Source: Proteromonas lacertae
Lineage: Eukaryota
Assembly (NCBI GenBank): GCA_002245135.1
Contig: NGBS01000037.1
Span: 1-64,000, forward strand
Length of the DNA stretch: 64,000 bases
Direction: 5' to 3'
Below the pieces are notes generated by a model that was given only the letters and a program-made list of their open reading frames with translations, searched no databases and was not told where the DNA came from. A program made the position numbers and the translations under genes. Position 1 is the stretch's first letter. The number at the start of each line of letters is the position of its first letter. This document shows, one piece after another, positions 24,601-38,172 of this stretch.

Positions 24601-25761
24601 AAATTATCCATTGTAGTTCATATTAATATTGGTAATGATACAGTCATTTATCCAGAAGATGAAACTACAACAACAACTACAAGTAGTGATAATGATAACA
24701 ACAATAATGTAAGGAAATTGGATGTAGAACCAGAATTTATTAATTATGATTATGTTAAAGCATTAGCAAGTTTATTAGAATCAACAGATGAGACTGAAAT
24801 ACAACAAAAAATAGAATCATTACCAGCCGAATTAAGACAACAAATACAAAATAAAGTATCACCAGAAGTAATTAAACAATCAATAACTGCAGTAGCAGTA
24901 GTTGTGCAAGAAGAAGGTAATAGTATTGATATGAATATAGGTATTACCACTGAATATGATTATGTACCACCAATGGCACATAATGATGATAATAAATCCT
25001 GGGCTGAGAAATATTGGTATGTTATTCTCATTATCTGTTTGGTTGTTGTTATTCTTTTAGTGGTAATTGCTTTAGTTGCTTATTCATTCTTAACTACTAA
25101 TACTATTAATAAATACGAGAAAAATGAAAAGATAATGGAAACTGTAATTCCAATTGAGAAAGTGAAACAAGAGAATGGAGTTACTGAGGATAGTATTTAT
25201 AAACCATTTAGTTATGAAGTAATAATGGAAGGATATTTATTGAAAGAAGGCCATGATCGTGTTATTGGTAAATTCCAGAGAAGATATTGTGTATTATATT
25301 TTGAACCAGCTATTTTAAGAATCTATGATTCAATGGTTCCTAGTTATTATGGCAAAGTGTATTTAGATGAGAAACAAAGTATTCCATTAGAATGTTACAG
25401 TGGAATTGAATATTCAGATGGAAGTAATGAATTTACATTGGTGTTAAAGGTAACTGATTCAACCATCAAAACATTTGTTCCAGGTGATGTAGAAAAGAGA
25501 ATTCACTTAAAAGTAGAAGGTGAAAATGGAGTAGAAACAGCAAAGAAATGGGTGGAATGTTTCAGAGATTTTAAGAGTCAAAAACCAAAAGCAGCTGATG
25601 CTTGGACAAAACCATTAATAATCGATGGAAATAATGGAAAGATTTCTACTTCAACAAATAAACAATTTGAAAAGAAGAATGAAGAAATCATTGCTAGAGC
25701 TCAACAAAGAAAACAACAAGCCAAAGCTAACATTCAAAATTCAAAAACACCTTATGAATAA
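21673..25761 (+). CDS. Type I surface protein, paralog 1: signal peptide, long Thr/Ala/Pro mucin repeat, Cys-containing ectodomain, TM, cytoplasmic PH domain
   Basis: ATG at 21673 with 30-nt introns at 21707-21736 and probably 21870-21899. TM WYVILIICLVVVILLVVIALVAY. PH signature MEGYLLKEG...FQRRYCVL...LRIY...AKKWVECFR. Confidence 0.85.
21937..23470 (+). repeat. Coding tandem repeat (15-nt PTTAA/PSTAA units with higher-order blocks)
   Basis: CCAACAACAGCAGCT / CCTTCAACAGCAGCT arrays and repeated TTEKP / PSTTGIP blocks. Confidence 0.95.
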
Positions 25762-25915
25762 AGAATGTGGTTTATAATTCGTTTTCTTTGATTCTAAAAA
25801 GAATGAATAATGAGTTTCGATCAAAGTTTATAATTTTTGTTTTGTGATGGGGAGTTTCATTAACAACACAAAAATTTCTTTTAAAAAATAGATAATGAAT
25901 ATAATTCAACTTTAC

Positions 25916-26722
25916 TTAAGCACAGAGCTTTTCAATTAAGTCTTTCAATGGTTCTAATTCCTTTTCAGCTATATATACATAAATATAATAATTACATTAT
26001 CAATAATTATACGTATTAAATTAAATTCATTTGAAAAAAAGTAAAAATGTTTGAAACAAGTGTTTAAATGTGCTTCAGCTTGAATACTTACAATTTTATC
26101 AAAATGGGAGTAATATATATGAGCATAGATTCTAAATAATCTCTTAAAAATGGTTTGAATATATTTTATAAAATCTTTTGGATAATCAGTATCTATTTAA
26201 CATAAAACGAATATATTTTTATTATACCAAAATCAGTAGGGAATATAGATGGATTTGTCAATATCTCATCCACCCAAATCATAAGATAATCAACATATTC
26301 AGGAGCACTTACTTTAATAGGAGTTTTGATTTTATTTCCATCTGCCCAATAGTATTCATACTTAGTACCAGCACTCATTACTGGACAGGAATCTTTACTA
26401 CAGAATTCTTGAATTGTTCCATATAAGAGGTTAACTTCATTGAATAAATCAACAGCTATAGTTCTAAATAATTAATAATACTATTAGCAGCAATCCACTC
26501 ATTTCTATCTTCACCAGCTGGTAGTTTTACTGCTCCTTTTATATCACCACTATTGCAAAATATATCAACATAATTATTTTTACCTTCCTAATGTAGCTTG
26601 AGCAAAACGATGTAAATCATATCGTTTAGTTCCTTGTGCAAATCCTTTTTTAGGTCGAAATGTTTTATTTTTATCTCTAGTAAATAAATGAGAAAAACAT
26701 ACATTCCAAATAACTTTTGCAT
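25916..26722 (-). CDS. MOB1: MOB kinase activator 1 (multi-exon)
   Basis: KTFRPKK, ATLG.G, AVKLPAGEDRNEWIA, CPVMSAG..YEYYWAD, SAPEYVDYLM, FKRLFRIYAHIY, AHLNTCFKHF, ELEPL. Confidence 0.95.
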
Positions 26723-26796
26723 CGTAAGATTTTTAGTTTTTTAAAAAATGACTCACAAGCTTTCTTCAAGCTAGAATTATTGATTTTTGAATTTTA

Positions 26797-28193
26797 ATGG
26801 ATATTAAAGAGTTATTCGTTGATAATCCTACACTTGAGTGTGTTAATGATTCAGTAATGGGTAGATATTTGATAGTATGATAGAATATTAATCAAATTAT
26901 TAGACTAAAAGAGATATAAAGGTAGGTGAAGTTGTATTGGAAGAAGAACCATTTGTATCAATACTTGAAAAAGACTATTGGGAGAGTAACTGTAATAATT
27001 GTTTCAAACATAAAGATTATTTGAGTAGTTGTTCTCAATGTCATAAAGTTCGTTATTGTAGTCGAGAATGTCAAGTATATATAAACAGATATTGTGATAT
27101 TACTAATAAATAGAAAGAAGACTGGTTATTTCATAAATGTGAATGTGTTAAACTAATAAATCATTCAATATCTTCTTCTTCTTCTTCAAATAATATTTTA
27201 GACACAATTGATATAGATTTACTATTATCTCGAATCTATCGATATAAAGAGTACATATAATATAATATAATAATAATAATATATAATGAAAAGTGAAAAA
27301 TATGAAAATTTTTGTATGTTAATAGATCATAGTTTAAATTTCAGTGAAGAATTTCTAAAAGATATAATCAATCAAATCAATCGAATAAATAAGCTAACAA
27401 TCAGTCAAAATCTAGAAAGTAATGAATTAATTCATATATTTGGTCGATATAGTAGTAATGCAATTCATATAACAAATGAAAATAATGAAAGTTTAGGAAT
27501 TGGAATATATTTGAAATTTTCATTTATAAATCACAGTTGTTATCCAAATTGTATAATAAAATTCGATAAGAATAAGAAAATAAAAGTTGTTTGTATAAAC
27601 AGTATAAAGAAAAGTGAAATGATTAGTTTTAATTATTTGAGTGAAATTAGTTTGTTGGAAGAAAGACAAGAAACATTAAAATCGTTATATTATTTTGATT
27701 GTAATTGTTATTTATGTGATTGTGAAAAGAAAGAAGAAAATGATAGTAAAATAAGTGTAGATATAATGGTTAAAATGAAAGAAATTATGAATAGTGAAAT
27801 CCACAATTCAAATATAGAAGAATTATATAATAAAAGTAAAGAAATATATGTTATAATCTATTCAATGATAGGAGATATTCCCTCCATATATCATATTTTA
27901 ATAACTAATCGAATATTATATTTATTATCGTTATCTGTATTGAAGAATAAGAATATTGAAATAATAAAATACTGTGAATTAAGTTATAAATCGTTATTGA
28001 AATATTATCCTCCATTTCATCCAATAATTGGTAAAAGATATTTAATGCATGGAAATGCTTTGATAGGAGTTGGTAATTATAAAGATAGTAAGATGTATTA
28101 TATGAAAAGTAAAATAATCTTTCGAATATAGAAGGAAATGAAAGTGAATATGTGAAAAGTATAGATGAAGTATTGAAATTAATAAATAATTAA
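26797..28193 (+). CDS. SMYD-type SET and MYND domain lysine methyltransferase
   Basis: GRYL...DIKVGEV, MYND CNNC...CSQCHKVRYCSREC, GIY...SFINHSCYPN, YYFDCNCYLC. The last codons need a 1-bp shift near 28128. Confidence 0.88.
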
Positions 28194-28235
28194 ATAGTAT
28201 AAAATGAAATACATTTTATAAGTAATTAATAATTT

Positions 28236-31200
28236 CTAATTAGCATGAGCTTGTCTTCTTTGTTGAGCTTTCATTACAATATCTTCATTCTTCTTCTCAG
28301 CAGCTTTACTTGTACTTGTTGTGATCTTTCCATTACTTTCATCGATTATTAAAGGTCTTGTCCAAGCTTCTCCACTTTTAGGTTTTTGATTTTTAAAATC
28401 TCTAAAACATTCTACCCATTTCTTTGCTGTTTCTATACTATTTTCACCTTCTACTTTTAAATGAATCTTTCGATCTTTATCACCTGGTTCAAACGATTTG
28501 ATTGAAGAATCTCGAACTTTTAACACCAATGTAAATTCATTACTTCCATCTTTATATTCAATTCTATTATAACAATCTAATGGAATACTTTGTTTCTCAT
28601 CTAAATATACTTTGCCATAATAACTAGGAACCATTGAATCATAGATTCTCATTATTGCAGGATCAAAATATAATACACAATATCTTCGCTGCCATTTTCC
28701 TAATACTCGATCTCGACCTTCTTTCAATAAATAGCCTTCCATTATTACTTCATAACTAAATGGTTTATATATATCATCATCACTTATCTCATTTTCTTGT
28801 TTTATCTTTCAATTGGAATTACTGTTTCCATTATCTTTTCACTCTTTTCTATATCTTTCTTTGAACTTCCACTTGATTTTGATCCACTACTTGAAACAGA
28901 TACTACTATTATTGCTATTATTATTCCTATTAATAAAACACCTCCTACACATATTATTAATATCACCCACCAATATTCTTCAGCCCAAGGCTTCTTTTCA
29001 GCTTCTGGAGCTTTAGTCGAAATTACTAATACATTTGTAGGTGGTGAAACATTATCAGGTACTACTTCTTCTGTTGTAATTCCTTCTTCTGCATCAAATG
29101 AAACTGATAAATCAGGTATAACTTCACCTCCATTTTCAGTTCTTTGTTTATTGATTTCAGCAACTACTTTTCCAGTCGTTTCAGTTATTTCTTTCTGAAC
29201 ATTCTCAGCTGCAGTTACTAATTTTTGTTTCAAATCATTATTATTCTCCACAAATTCTTTTAATTCTTCTGGAATTGATTCTAATACTTTTGTTTCTTTT
29301 TGTGTTTCACCATCACTGCTTTCTATTTCTGGAACAGCTGCTGGATTAACATATGATATAATTGTATTAATATAAACATAAGGTGATGATAATGATTTCC
29401 AATTAACATCAGTAGATTGTAATGATCGTCTTACTAACTTACTTCGTTCTTCTTTTTCTTCACCAAGATAACTGTAAAGCCAAATTTTATTTTCATAAAA
29501 CTTTATATCTATTTCGATTATAAGTTTATTACCAATTTCTTTTCCATATTTTACCTCAACATATTTGAAATTTGTGTAATTAAATACATACATTGTTAAT
29601 CCATCTAAATATGATTTCACAAATTTTTTCCTCTCTTCTTCTGTCATGCTTTCAGTTCCTTCGAATGGCAATTTAACGGTAGACTTTGTACATGATGCAC
29701 CAAATGTATAATCATCACCTTCTCTATTACAACATAATCCATTCACATCTGCATTTTTATTACCATCACACATGTATTGTACTTTATCTGCATTATTTAA
29801 ATCAATATTATCGGTTTTTGGTTTATTTGGATCTAAATAATTATCAACTCTCACTTGCGGTATAGCACTAACAGTTTTTTTAGCTTTTTCAATACTATCA
29901 ATAATCTTATCTGTTGATGATGTTATAGTCATTTTAACTTTAGGTAATTTACCATCACTTGTTCTATTACAGTTTATTTCTAAATTATCGAACTTAAATG
30001 ATGTGGAGGATTTATCTAATGTTACTTCTTTTTCATTATTAACAAAATCACATTCATATTCTGGTTTATCTTTTGTAAATGTAATTTTTGCCTTATATCC
30101 ATCCCTACTAGCATCAGTTGGGAAATCTAATTTTGCAGTTACTGAAAATCTTTTACCGTATGTTACACTAGTAGGATATATACTTTTAATATGATTATAT
30201 GATGGAGTATTATCACTTACTTTTACACTAAATGATGTATAACCATTTCTATATTCATCTCCTGGATTAGCTGCAATACATGTAACACTACATATTGAAT
30301 ATGATGTTGGATTCGTAGTATTTACTTTTACTTTACCATCTTTCTTTTCATTATTATATGATAAATATTCCTTATTTGTACAATCGACTGTGTAATTAGT
30401 TGGTAAATTAGTATTTTCTACTGGATTTATTTCTAAATTAGCAGTTTGTCCTTTTGTATATGAATATAACGATTTTCCATAAGAACATGGTGTTGGATCT
30501 TTAAAATGTTCAGGAAGACTACATTTTGTATAATCTTTACCTGTACTACCTTCAATACTTTCATAAAATTGATCTGCATTCTTTGATGTTATTTCATCAT
30601 TTATTCCCTCCCAATATACTTTATTTTCTGTGTTATATGTTACTTTAATTGTAACATTATACTGTACTTTACCTTTTGACTGTTCAGAATTACTATATAA
30701 TGGTTCACTGTATGTAATTCCAGTAGATTTAGTTGTATCAACATATGCTTTAAATGCTGTTTCAATATATTCTTTCATTTTATTTTCATCAATTTTATTT
30801 GGCCATTTACCATCTTCATCTCCTGATAATAATCTCTTATGTAATACTAATTTCTCTTCATCATCATCCATTCCACGATTATCTGCTTTACCACCTTCTT
30901 TTTCATCTGGTGGAGTATCATCTTCTGTACCTTCTGAAGGAGTTGGAGTTACTTTTGGTGTAGTTGTAGTTTCTTCTACTGCTGGTGTTGTTGCTTCGGA
31001 ACTTGTTGCTTTAGTTTCTTCTGTATCACCTCCATCACTACTTCCTCCATTTTCACTACTTGCAGTTGTTGTAACTTCTACATTTGGTGTTGTTGTTGTT
31101 TCTGGCTCTTTAGTTGCAGAAGGTTGAGTTGTTTCTCCTGTTTCATCATCACCATCACCTGTTGGAAGTTCTCTTGTAGGTGAAGTTGTTTCAACATCAG

Positions 31201-31402
31201 CTATTGTAGGGTAAGTTTCAACAGGTTTTGGAGTTATTGGTTTAGCTGTTGGAGGCAGTTCTTCTGGTCTAAAACTGCAAACATCAAATTTGATTTCTAT
31301 TTCTTCACCTTCAACAAACACACTCAAACTCAATATGCTCAAAATACAAACTATTAATTACAAATATTCACATATACTTATTAGTATTGAATTCTTATTC
31401 AT
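28236..31402 (-). CDS. Type I surface protein with cytoplasmic PH domain, paralog 2; 1-bp frameshift at ~28807 separates the PH domain
   Basis: Intron at 31351-31377. ORF 28802-31342 (ectodomain+TM) and ORF 28236-28742 (PH). The + strand reads ATCTTTCAAT here versus ATCTTTTCAAT in paralog 3. Confidence 0.8.
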
Positions 31403-31611
31403 CTGTAATTAGATATTTTAAAATTAAATATTAATTTCAACTGATATCATTTCATTGGATTTCATTTTTAAATATGAGGCTTAAAATAAATCAACCGTTT
31501 CATTTTCATTTTTAAATTATTTTTATATACAATTATTATATCATCATAATAATCAATCAATTAACAATTTTTAAATATAAATTAAACTATTTATTTTATA
31601 ATTAATAATTT

Positions 31612-34600
31612 CTAATTAGCATGAGCTTGTCTTCTTTGTTGAGCTTTCATTACAATATCTTCATTCTTCTTCTCGGCGGCTTTACTTGTACTTGTTGTGA
31701 TCTTTCCATTACTTTCATCGATTATTAATGGTCTTGTCCAAGTTTCACCACTTTTAGGTTTTTGATTTTTAAAATCTCTAAAACATTCCACCCATTTCTT
31801 CGCTGTTTCTATACTGTTTTCACCTTCTACTTTTAAATGAATCTTTCGATCTTTATCACCTGCCTCAAACGATTTGATTGAAGAATCTCGAACTTTTAAC
31901 ACCAAGGTAAATTCTGAACTTCCATCTTTATATTCAATTCCATTATAACAATCTAATGGAATACTTTGTTTCTCATCTAAATATACTTTGCCATAATAAC
32001 TAGGAACCATTGAATCATAGATTCTCATTATTGCAGGATCAAAATATAATACACAATATCTTCGCTGCCATTTTCCTAATACTCGATCTCGACCTTCTTT
32101 CAATAAATAGCCTTCCATTATTACTTCATAACTAAATGGTTTATATATATCATCATCACTTATCTCATTTTCTTGTTTTATCTTTTCAATTGGAATTACT
32201 GTTTCCATTATCTTTTCACTCTTTTCTATATCTTTCTTTGAATTGCCACTTACACCACTTGATTTTGATCCACTACTTGAAACAGATACTACTATTATTG
32301 CTATTATTATTCCGATTAATAAAACACCTCCTACACATGCAATTAATATCACCCACCAATATTCTTCTGCCCAAGGTTTATCTTCTGGTTTTGGTGGATC
32401 TGTGAGTATATCACCACCACCTGGAGTTGGTGCTACAAAATCAGGTTGATCAGCAGAAGTTGATGTTACTAAAATATTCTTTGGAACTGTTACACCATCA
32501 GGAACAATTTCTTCTGTTGAAATACCTTCATTTATATCTAATGAAACTGAATTAGATGTAGTTACTTCAGCTACTGCTTTTGGAACTTCTACTTTAGCTT
32601 TTTCTAATTTGTATTTCAAATTTTCATTATTTTTTGTAGAAAGAAATTCATTTAATTCTTCTGGTATTGAATCTATTACATCTCCTTCTGGAACAGCAGC
32701 TGGATTTACATATGAAAGCATTGTATTAATATAAACATAAGGTGATGATAATCTATTCCAATTAATTTTTGCTTCTTCATTATCTAATGATCTTCTTACT
32801 AAATTATGTCCTTGAGGATTGTATTGCCATATCTTAACATCATAGAATGTTATTGTGATTTTTATTCTACCTATTGTTGATATATCTACATCACTAGTAT
32901 TGAAATAGAAATTAGTTTTATCAAATACAACCCTTTTAAGTGTATCTACATATGAATCAGCAAATTCATTCCATTTTGTAGTATCCATACCACTTGTTCC
33001 TTCAAATGGGAATGTAACAGTAGATGTACTACATGACTTGCCTTGATTAATCTCTTCTGTTGTTCTATCACAACATAACCCACTAGCGTCAGCATCTACT
33101 CCTCCATCACAAACATATACAAATTCAGTTGCATAACTAAGATCATACTCTAATGTTCCAGGTTGTTTACCTTTATTATCTATGTTTTCTACAACTGGAA
33201 TGACTGGTTTTACTTTAATTATTTTGTCTATTAAGGTAAAGTCACTCACATTTTCTGCAGTAATTTGATATCTTATATCAATAAAATTTCCTTCATTCGG
33301 TTGGCAATAAATTGACAAATTTTTAAATCTAATAAAATCATTATCAACTTCATCGACTGTAGTTGTATCTGGTATTGTACATTTATCATTCTTCTGAAAT
33401 GCTATTGTCATCTTTACAGCTGGTTTATCATTTTTATATGGATAAGCTAATTTTAATGATATAGTGAAATTTCTTGTAGAAGCAACGCTAACTGGAAAAC
33501 TACTACCCATTTTGTTAAATGTTGGTTTATTATCACTTACTTTAACAGTAAATGAAGTATATCCATTTCTATATAACTCAGTATTTTCAGGTATACATGT
33601 TACACTACATAGAGAATATGGTGTTGTTCCTTTTGTATTATCAACTATTACTATACCATCTTTCTTTCCATTATCATATGTTAAATAATTATTCACATTA
33701 TTTGTACAACTAATGGTGTAGTTAGTATGAAAACTATTTAAATTACTCTTTGGTTCTATCTTGAAATTAGCAGTTTGTGTTGTTGTATATAAATATAATA
33801 ATTTATCATAAGAACAATTTGTTTCACCTTTTAAATAATCTGGAGGACTACATTCTGTATAATCTTTACCTGTACTATCTTCAATACTTTCATAAAATTT
33901 ATCTGCATTCTTTGATGTTATTTCATCATTTATTCCTTCCCAATACTTTTGATTATCTTGATTCTTTTCGTATGTAACTTTAATAGTAACACTGTATTGT
34001 ACTTTACCTTTTGACTGTTCAGAATTACTGTATGTTGCTTCAGATACATCAACATTAGTAAATTTATCTTTATAGATATAATTAAAAGCAGCTTTTATAA
34101 TATCTGTCATATTATTATATTGTATTGGCCAAGTCTTTTCACTATCAGCTTTTAATAATCTTTTATGTGATATTAATTTCTCTTCATCATCATCCATTCC
34201 ACGAACATCTGCATTTTCACTTGTAGTATCATCTTCTGTACCTTCTGAAGGAGATGGAGTTACTTTTGGCGTGGTTGTAGTTTCTTCTGCTTTTGGGGTT
34301 GTTGTAGCTTCAGCTGATGAAGTTTCACCTGTCTCTCCTTCACCATCTCCTCCATTTTCACTACTTGCAGGTGTTGTAACTTCTACATTTGGTGTTGTTG
34401 TTGTTTCTGCTTTAGGTGTTGTAGGTGATGAACTTTCCTCGGTATCATCTTCATTACTTGTAGCTGTAGGTGATGTAGCTCCAGTGTAAGGAGGTGTTGT
34501 TGGTGGAACAGTTTCAACTTCATATGTTGGTTTTTCTGGAACTGTATAAGGTTCTACGGTCGGTGGATCTGTTGCTGGTATAAAACTGCATACTTCGAAC

Positions 34601-34719
34601 TTTATATCAATTGTAGTAGTTTCACCTTCAACAAACACACTCAAACTCAAAATGCTTAAAATACAAACTACAAATTACAAATAATCATTTATACTTATTA
34701 GTATTGAATTCTTATTCAT
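31612..34719 (-). CDS. Type I surface protein with cytoplasmic PH domain, paralog 3 (intact)
   Basis: Intron at 34668-34694. Signal peptide, T/E-rich stalk, conserved Cys pattern (GLCC), TM WWVILIACVGGVLLIGIIIAIIVV, PH domain. Confidence 0.87.
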
Positions 34720-35164
34720 CTGTAATTAGATATTCTAAAATCAAATACTAATTTCAACTGATATGATTTGATTGGTTGATGGTTTTTGAATTGATTTGAT
34801 TGGTTTTTATTTTTGAATGTGAGGCTTATTTCAATTTTATCGTTTTAAATATCATTTTTAAAATATCTCTATACTCCATTTTTAAATCACCATGAAAATG
34901 TCATAATGTTTGTTATTTTATTAAATATATCCTGTTTATCAAGAAATTTCTACAATGATAAAAATATTAGATTTTTAAGTTGTTTCTATTCAATTGAAAC
35001 CATCCTCAATAATATCCAAAATGAATATTATAAACATCTGGATATGTTTAATTGAACAAAATATTTAAATTACATAAATTCCTTTTAATATCATTACTAC
35101 TAAATATAATCACAATAAACAGTATTAAAGAAAGAAAATTTTAACATTACTATTGTTATATTCT

Positions 35165-35817
35165 TTATTTCTTTTCTTTATCATCTTCTTCTAAATCAGG
35201 CATTTCTTCATCATCACTATCAAACTCTTCTTCATTCTCTTCATTGCCTTTATTACCATGTTCACATTCTGGACCACAGTGTTCATGACTTAAATTTGCA
35301 CCAGCTCCTGCGTTAGCGAAATTTTGGAAGTCCATTCCTCCTAAATCGAAATCATTACCATTTCCACTTTCTTCATCATCACTATCAACCCATTTATCCC
35401 AATCAATGGTCAAAGTCTTTTTGTATTGAGTTTTATCTTCTAATAACGATGGCCATCTTTCTTCATCATCTTTTATTAAATGGAAAGCGACTTTTCTTGG
35501 TTGAACAGAGTATTTACTCTCCTAATCAACATAAGAGATAATATAATCATTTATAAATATAGTATACAGATGGATTTATTTCTTTGAAGAATATAAATTC
35601 TATTCCATAATCCTTACCTTCACTTTTACCTCTAATTGAGTATATTCTTGTTGATAATATACTTAAAAGTGAGTTTATTATTACTTAATTCGATTGTTTC
35701 ATCTTTTACATCAGGTAAATCAACTGTGATGTAAATTGATTTCTTGTTCTGTGCCCATTTGCAATTTGGAATCTATATTAATCAATAATACTACCACAAA
35801 TATACAAGTGTTGTCAT
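35165..35817 (-). CDS. Hsp90 co-chaperone p23 (PTGES3/Sba1 family)
   Basis: PNCKWAQNKKSIYITVDL, RWPSLL, LTIDWDKWVDSDDE and an acidic tail MPDLE. Confidence 0.92.
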
Positions 35818-35980
35818 TGTAAGAAGATTATGATTTAGAAATGAAAATAGAACAATAGAAAAATCAAAACTTTTGGATTAAAATTTTCTTACACCCTCAA
35901 ATTCCCCCATATTTTTAAAAATATATTCTTTTCTTTTTTCACAACAATATAAAAATATATTAAAAAATAAAATTATATAT

Positions 35981-37078
35981 TTATATTGATTCATTAAATC
36001 CGAATTCTGTGGATGGTTCAATGATGTAATCACTTGTATCACCGATATTTTCACTATTCACCAATAACAATGCATTTTCTTTCTTTCTCTTTCCCATATT
36101 TTTGCATTTAAATAATTTCATATATTCTTCTCTACAATTACTACTCAACAACACAAATATTATTCCATTGAAAAATCCTTGTAAAGGATCAAAGAAAGCT
36201 TGAAAATATGATAGCCATATTGGATGATTTGGTAAAAATGTATGTACAGTACCCCATATTCTGCAGATAATGAAAACTACTGGAATTAACACTAATTTCT
36301 TATAAAATGTCATTATATATTGATTAGATGGGTTGTTATTCTTATTTTTATTGTTTGATCTATTCATAGACACATTTTCGTTTAATTTTGATAATTCAAT
36401 GTCATCATTCTGTGAAATTCTATTTAAAAATAATATAATAATAATAATACTTTGGTATTGATTTCAAATTCTTATTGATTAAATAATAAAATAACGGACA
36501 TAGTATAAATACACAGATAATCTCTATCAATTTCCCACCTAATAATTCCCATACCCAAATGGGTGTTTTAAACTTTTCATTTTCTTTTACCCAACACCAA
36601 CCACCTGTATTTTCATTCTCTTCTGAATAACCCATTGTTCCAGTTGCTGCAATGATTATACAAGTAACTGTAGGTAATGACCATGATATTATATGAAAAT
36701 AAGTTCTTAATTTATTAGAATTGGCATTATCTGGTATTAAATCATGAACTAAAATGTACATGTAATATGCAAGACAAATTGTCCAACAGAAACTCGATAT
36801 TGGGAAGAACATTCCCAACAGTGATTGTATATTACACAGAGTTCCACTAGATTCAGCTGTTGGATGAAGAAGTATTAAATAACTAATGCCTGTACCTATG
36901 TCTGAAATAGATAAATAACATAAATATTCTCTATAATATTATTAAATAAAAAATGTTTGAAAATATACCTTCCTCTTCCTCTCAGTGATGGAAACAGGAT
37001 ATAACTTAATATTATTGATAATGATCCAATGAGTGTTAATATGCATGATATTATTTTAACTATACTTATCACCTCCAT
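35981..37078 (-). CDS. 7TM GPCR-like protein (cAMP-receptor-like/GCR1 type)
   Basis: LIGSLSIILSY, LCNIQ..., SFCWTICLA, FHIISWSLP, GGWCWV, LIPVVFIICRIWGT, PLQGFFNGIIF. Confidence 0.85.
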
Positions 37079-37148
37079 TCTTAAATCAACAAAATCAAAA
37101 TATTGAAACGAATATATATTTTTGTTAGTCAAATTTTCATTTTTGCGA

Positions 37149-37945
37149 ATGGGAAGAGATAGAGATGATAAACCATATAGAGATGGTGGTTGTAGAGGTG
37201 GTAGAAATGTATAATATTTAATTATAATTTTATTTTATAGTTTAAATGGGAAGATGTTAAATTTGATAAAGATCGAGACTTGTACCTTGGAGTATCAGTA
37301 AAAGCACCAATTGGGAAATGGGCTCAAGGAAGAGATGTATGTTGGTATCAAAAGCCATCTGAGTTAGATAAAATACACATTGAGAAGAAAAAAGAAGAGA
37401 AAACTAAAGAACCAAAACATAAACATAAGCATCATCATCATCACCATCATAAACACAAACATCATCACAAACATAGAAGTTCATCCTCTTCATCTTCTTC
37501 AGATTCTGAAAAAGAGGAAGAAAAAGAAAAAGGCAAAGATAAATCCAAAAAATCTTCTAAAATATCAGATGAAATAGCAGAAATCAAAAGAAAGGATGAA
37601 GAAGCAATGTTAATGAGATTATTAGGAAAGAATAAAATGAATAATCAAAACAGCAAATTAGAAAAAGGTGAAATGAAAATGTTATTACAAAAAGGTAAAT
37701 TAGAAACGGATCAATTTTTTGTTGAAAGAACACAAGGGCTTGGTGCTGCACCTACTTTTAGTGAAAGAGATTTGAATGAAGAAGCAAAAGATGAAGATGA
37801 TGAAAATGAAGAGAAAGAAAGAGAAATAAAGAGGAAGAAAGCAATTCCAGCACCTTTGGTTAATCCTTTTGGAGAAATTACAGGTGAGAGAATGTCTATG
37901 GATGAGATAAATCAAAGAGAAAGATCACCTCATAGAAGAGGATGA
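37149..37945 (+). CDS. MMTAG2-like protein (MMtag domain)
   Basis: [36 protein letters not shown]; His-rich tract; [13 protein letters not shown]. Confidence 0.85.
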
Positions 37946-38172
37946 ATTGTGTGTTATAATTGTCTTTTAATATTATTTGTTAAAAGTATAAATAAATAAA
38001 TGTTTTAAAAAATACATATTTTGTATTTCAAGGTGAGATTTTGTTGATTTACATAATTAATAACATACATTGATATTGAATAGCATTTTTGCAATCTCCT
38101 ATACTTAAATACATACATTTATATGTTTTATGATGTAGAGTCAGTTTTTTGTTAAGTAATTCAAAAATATTG

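Noticed and set aside
28797..34489. Multiple + strand ORFs overlapping receptor paralogs 2 and 3
   Set aside because: Antisense shadows of low-complexity coding sequence.
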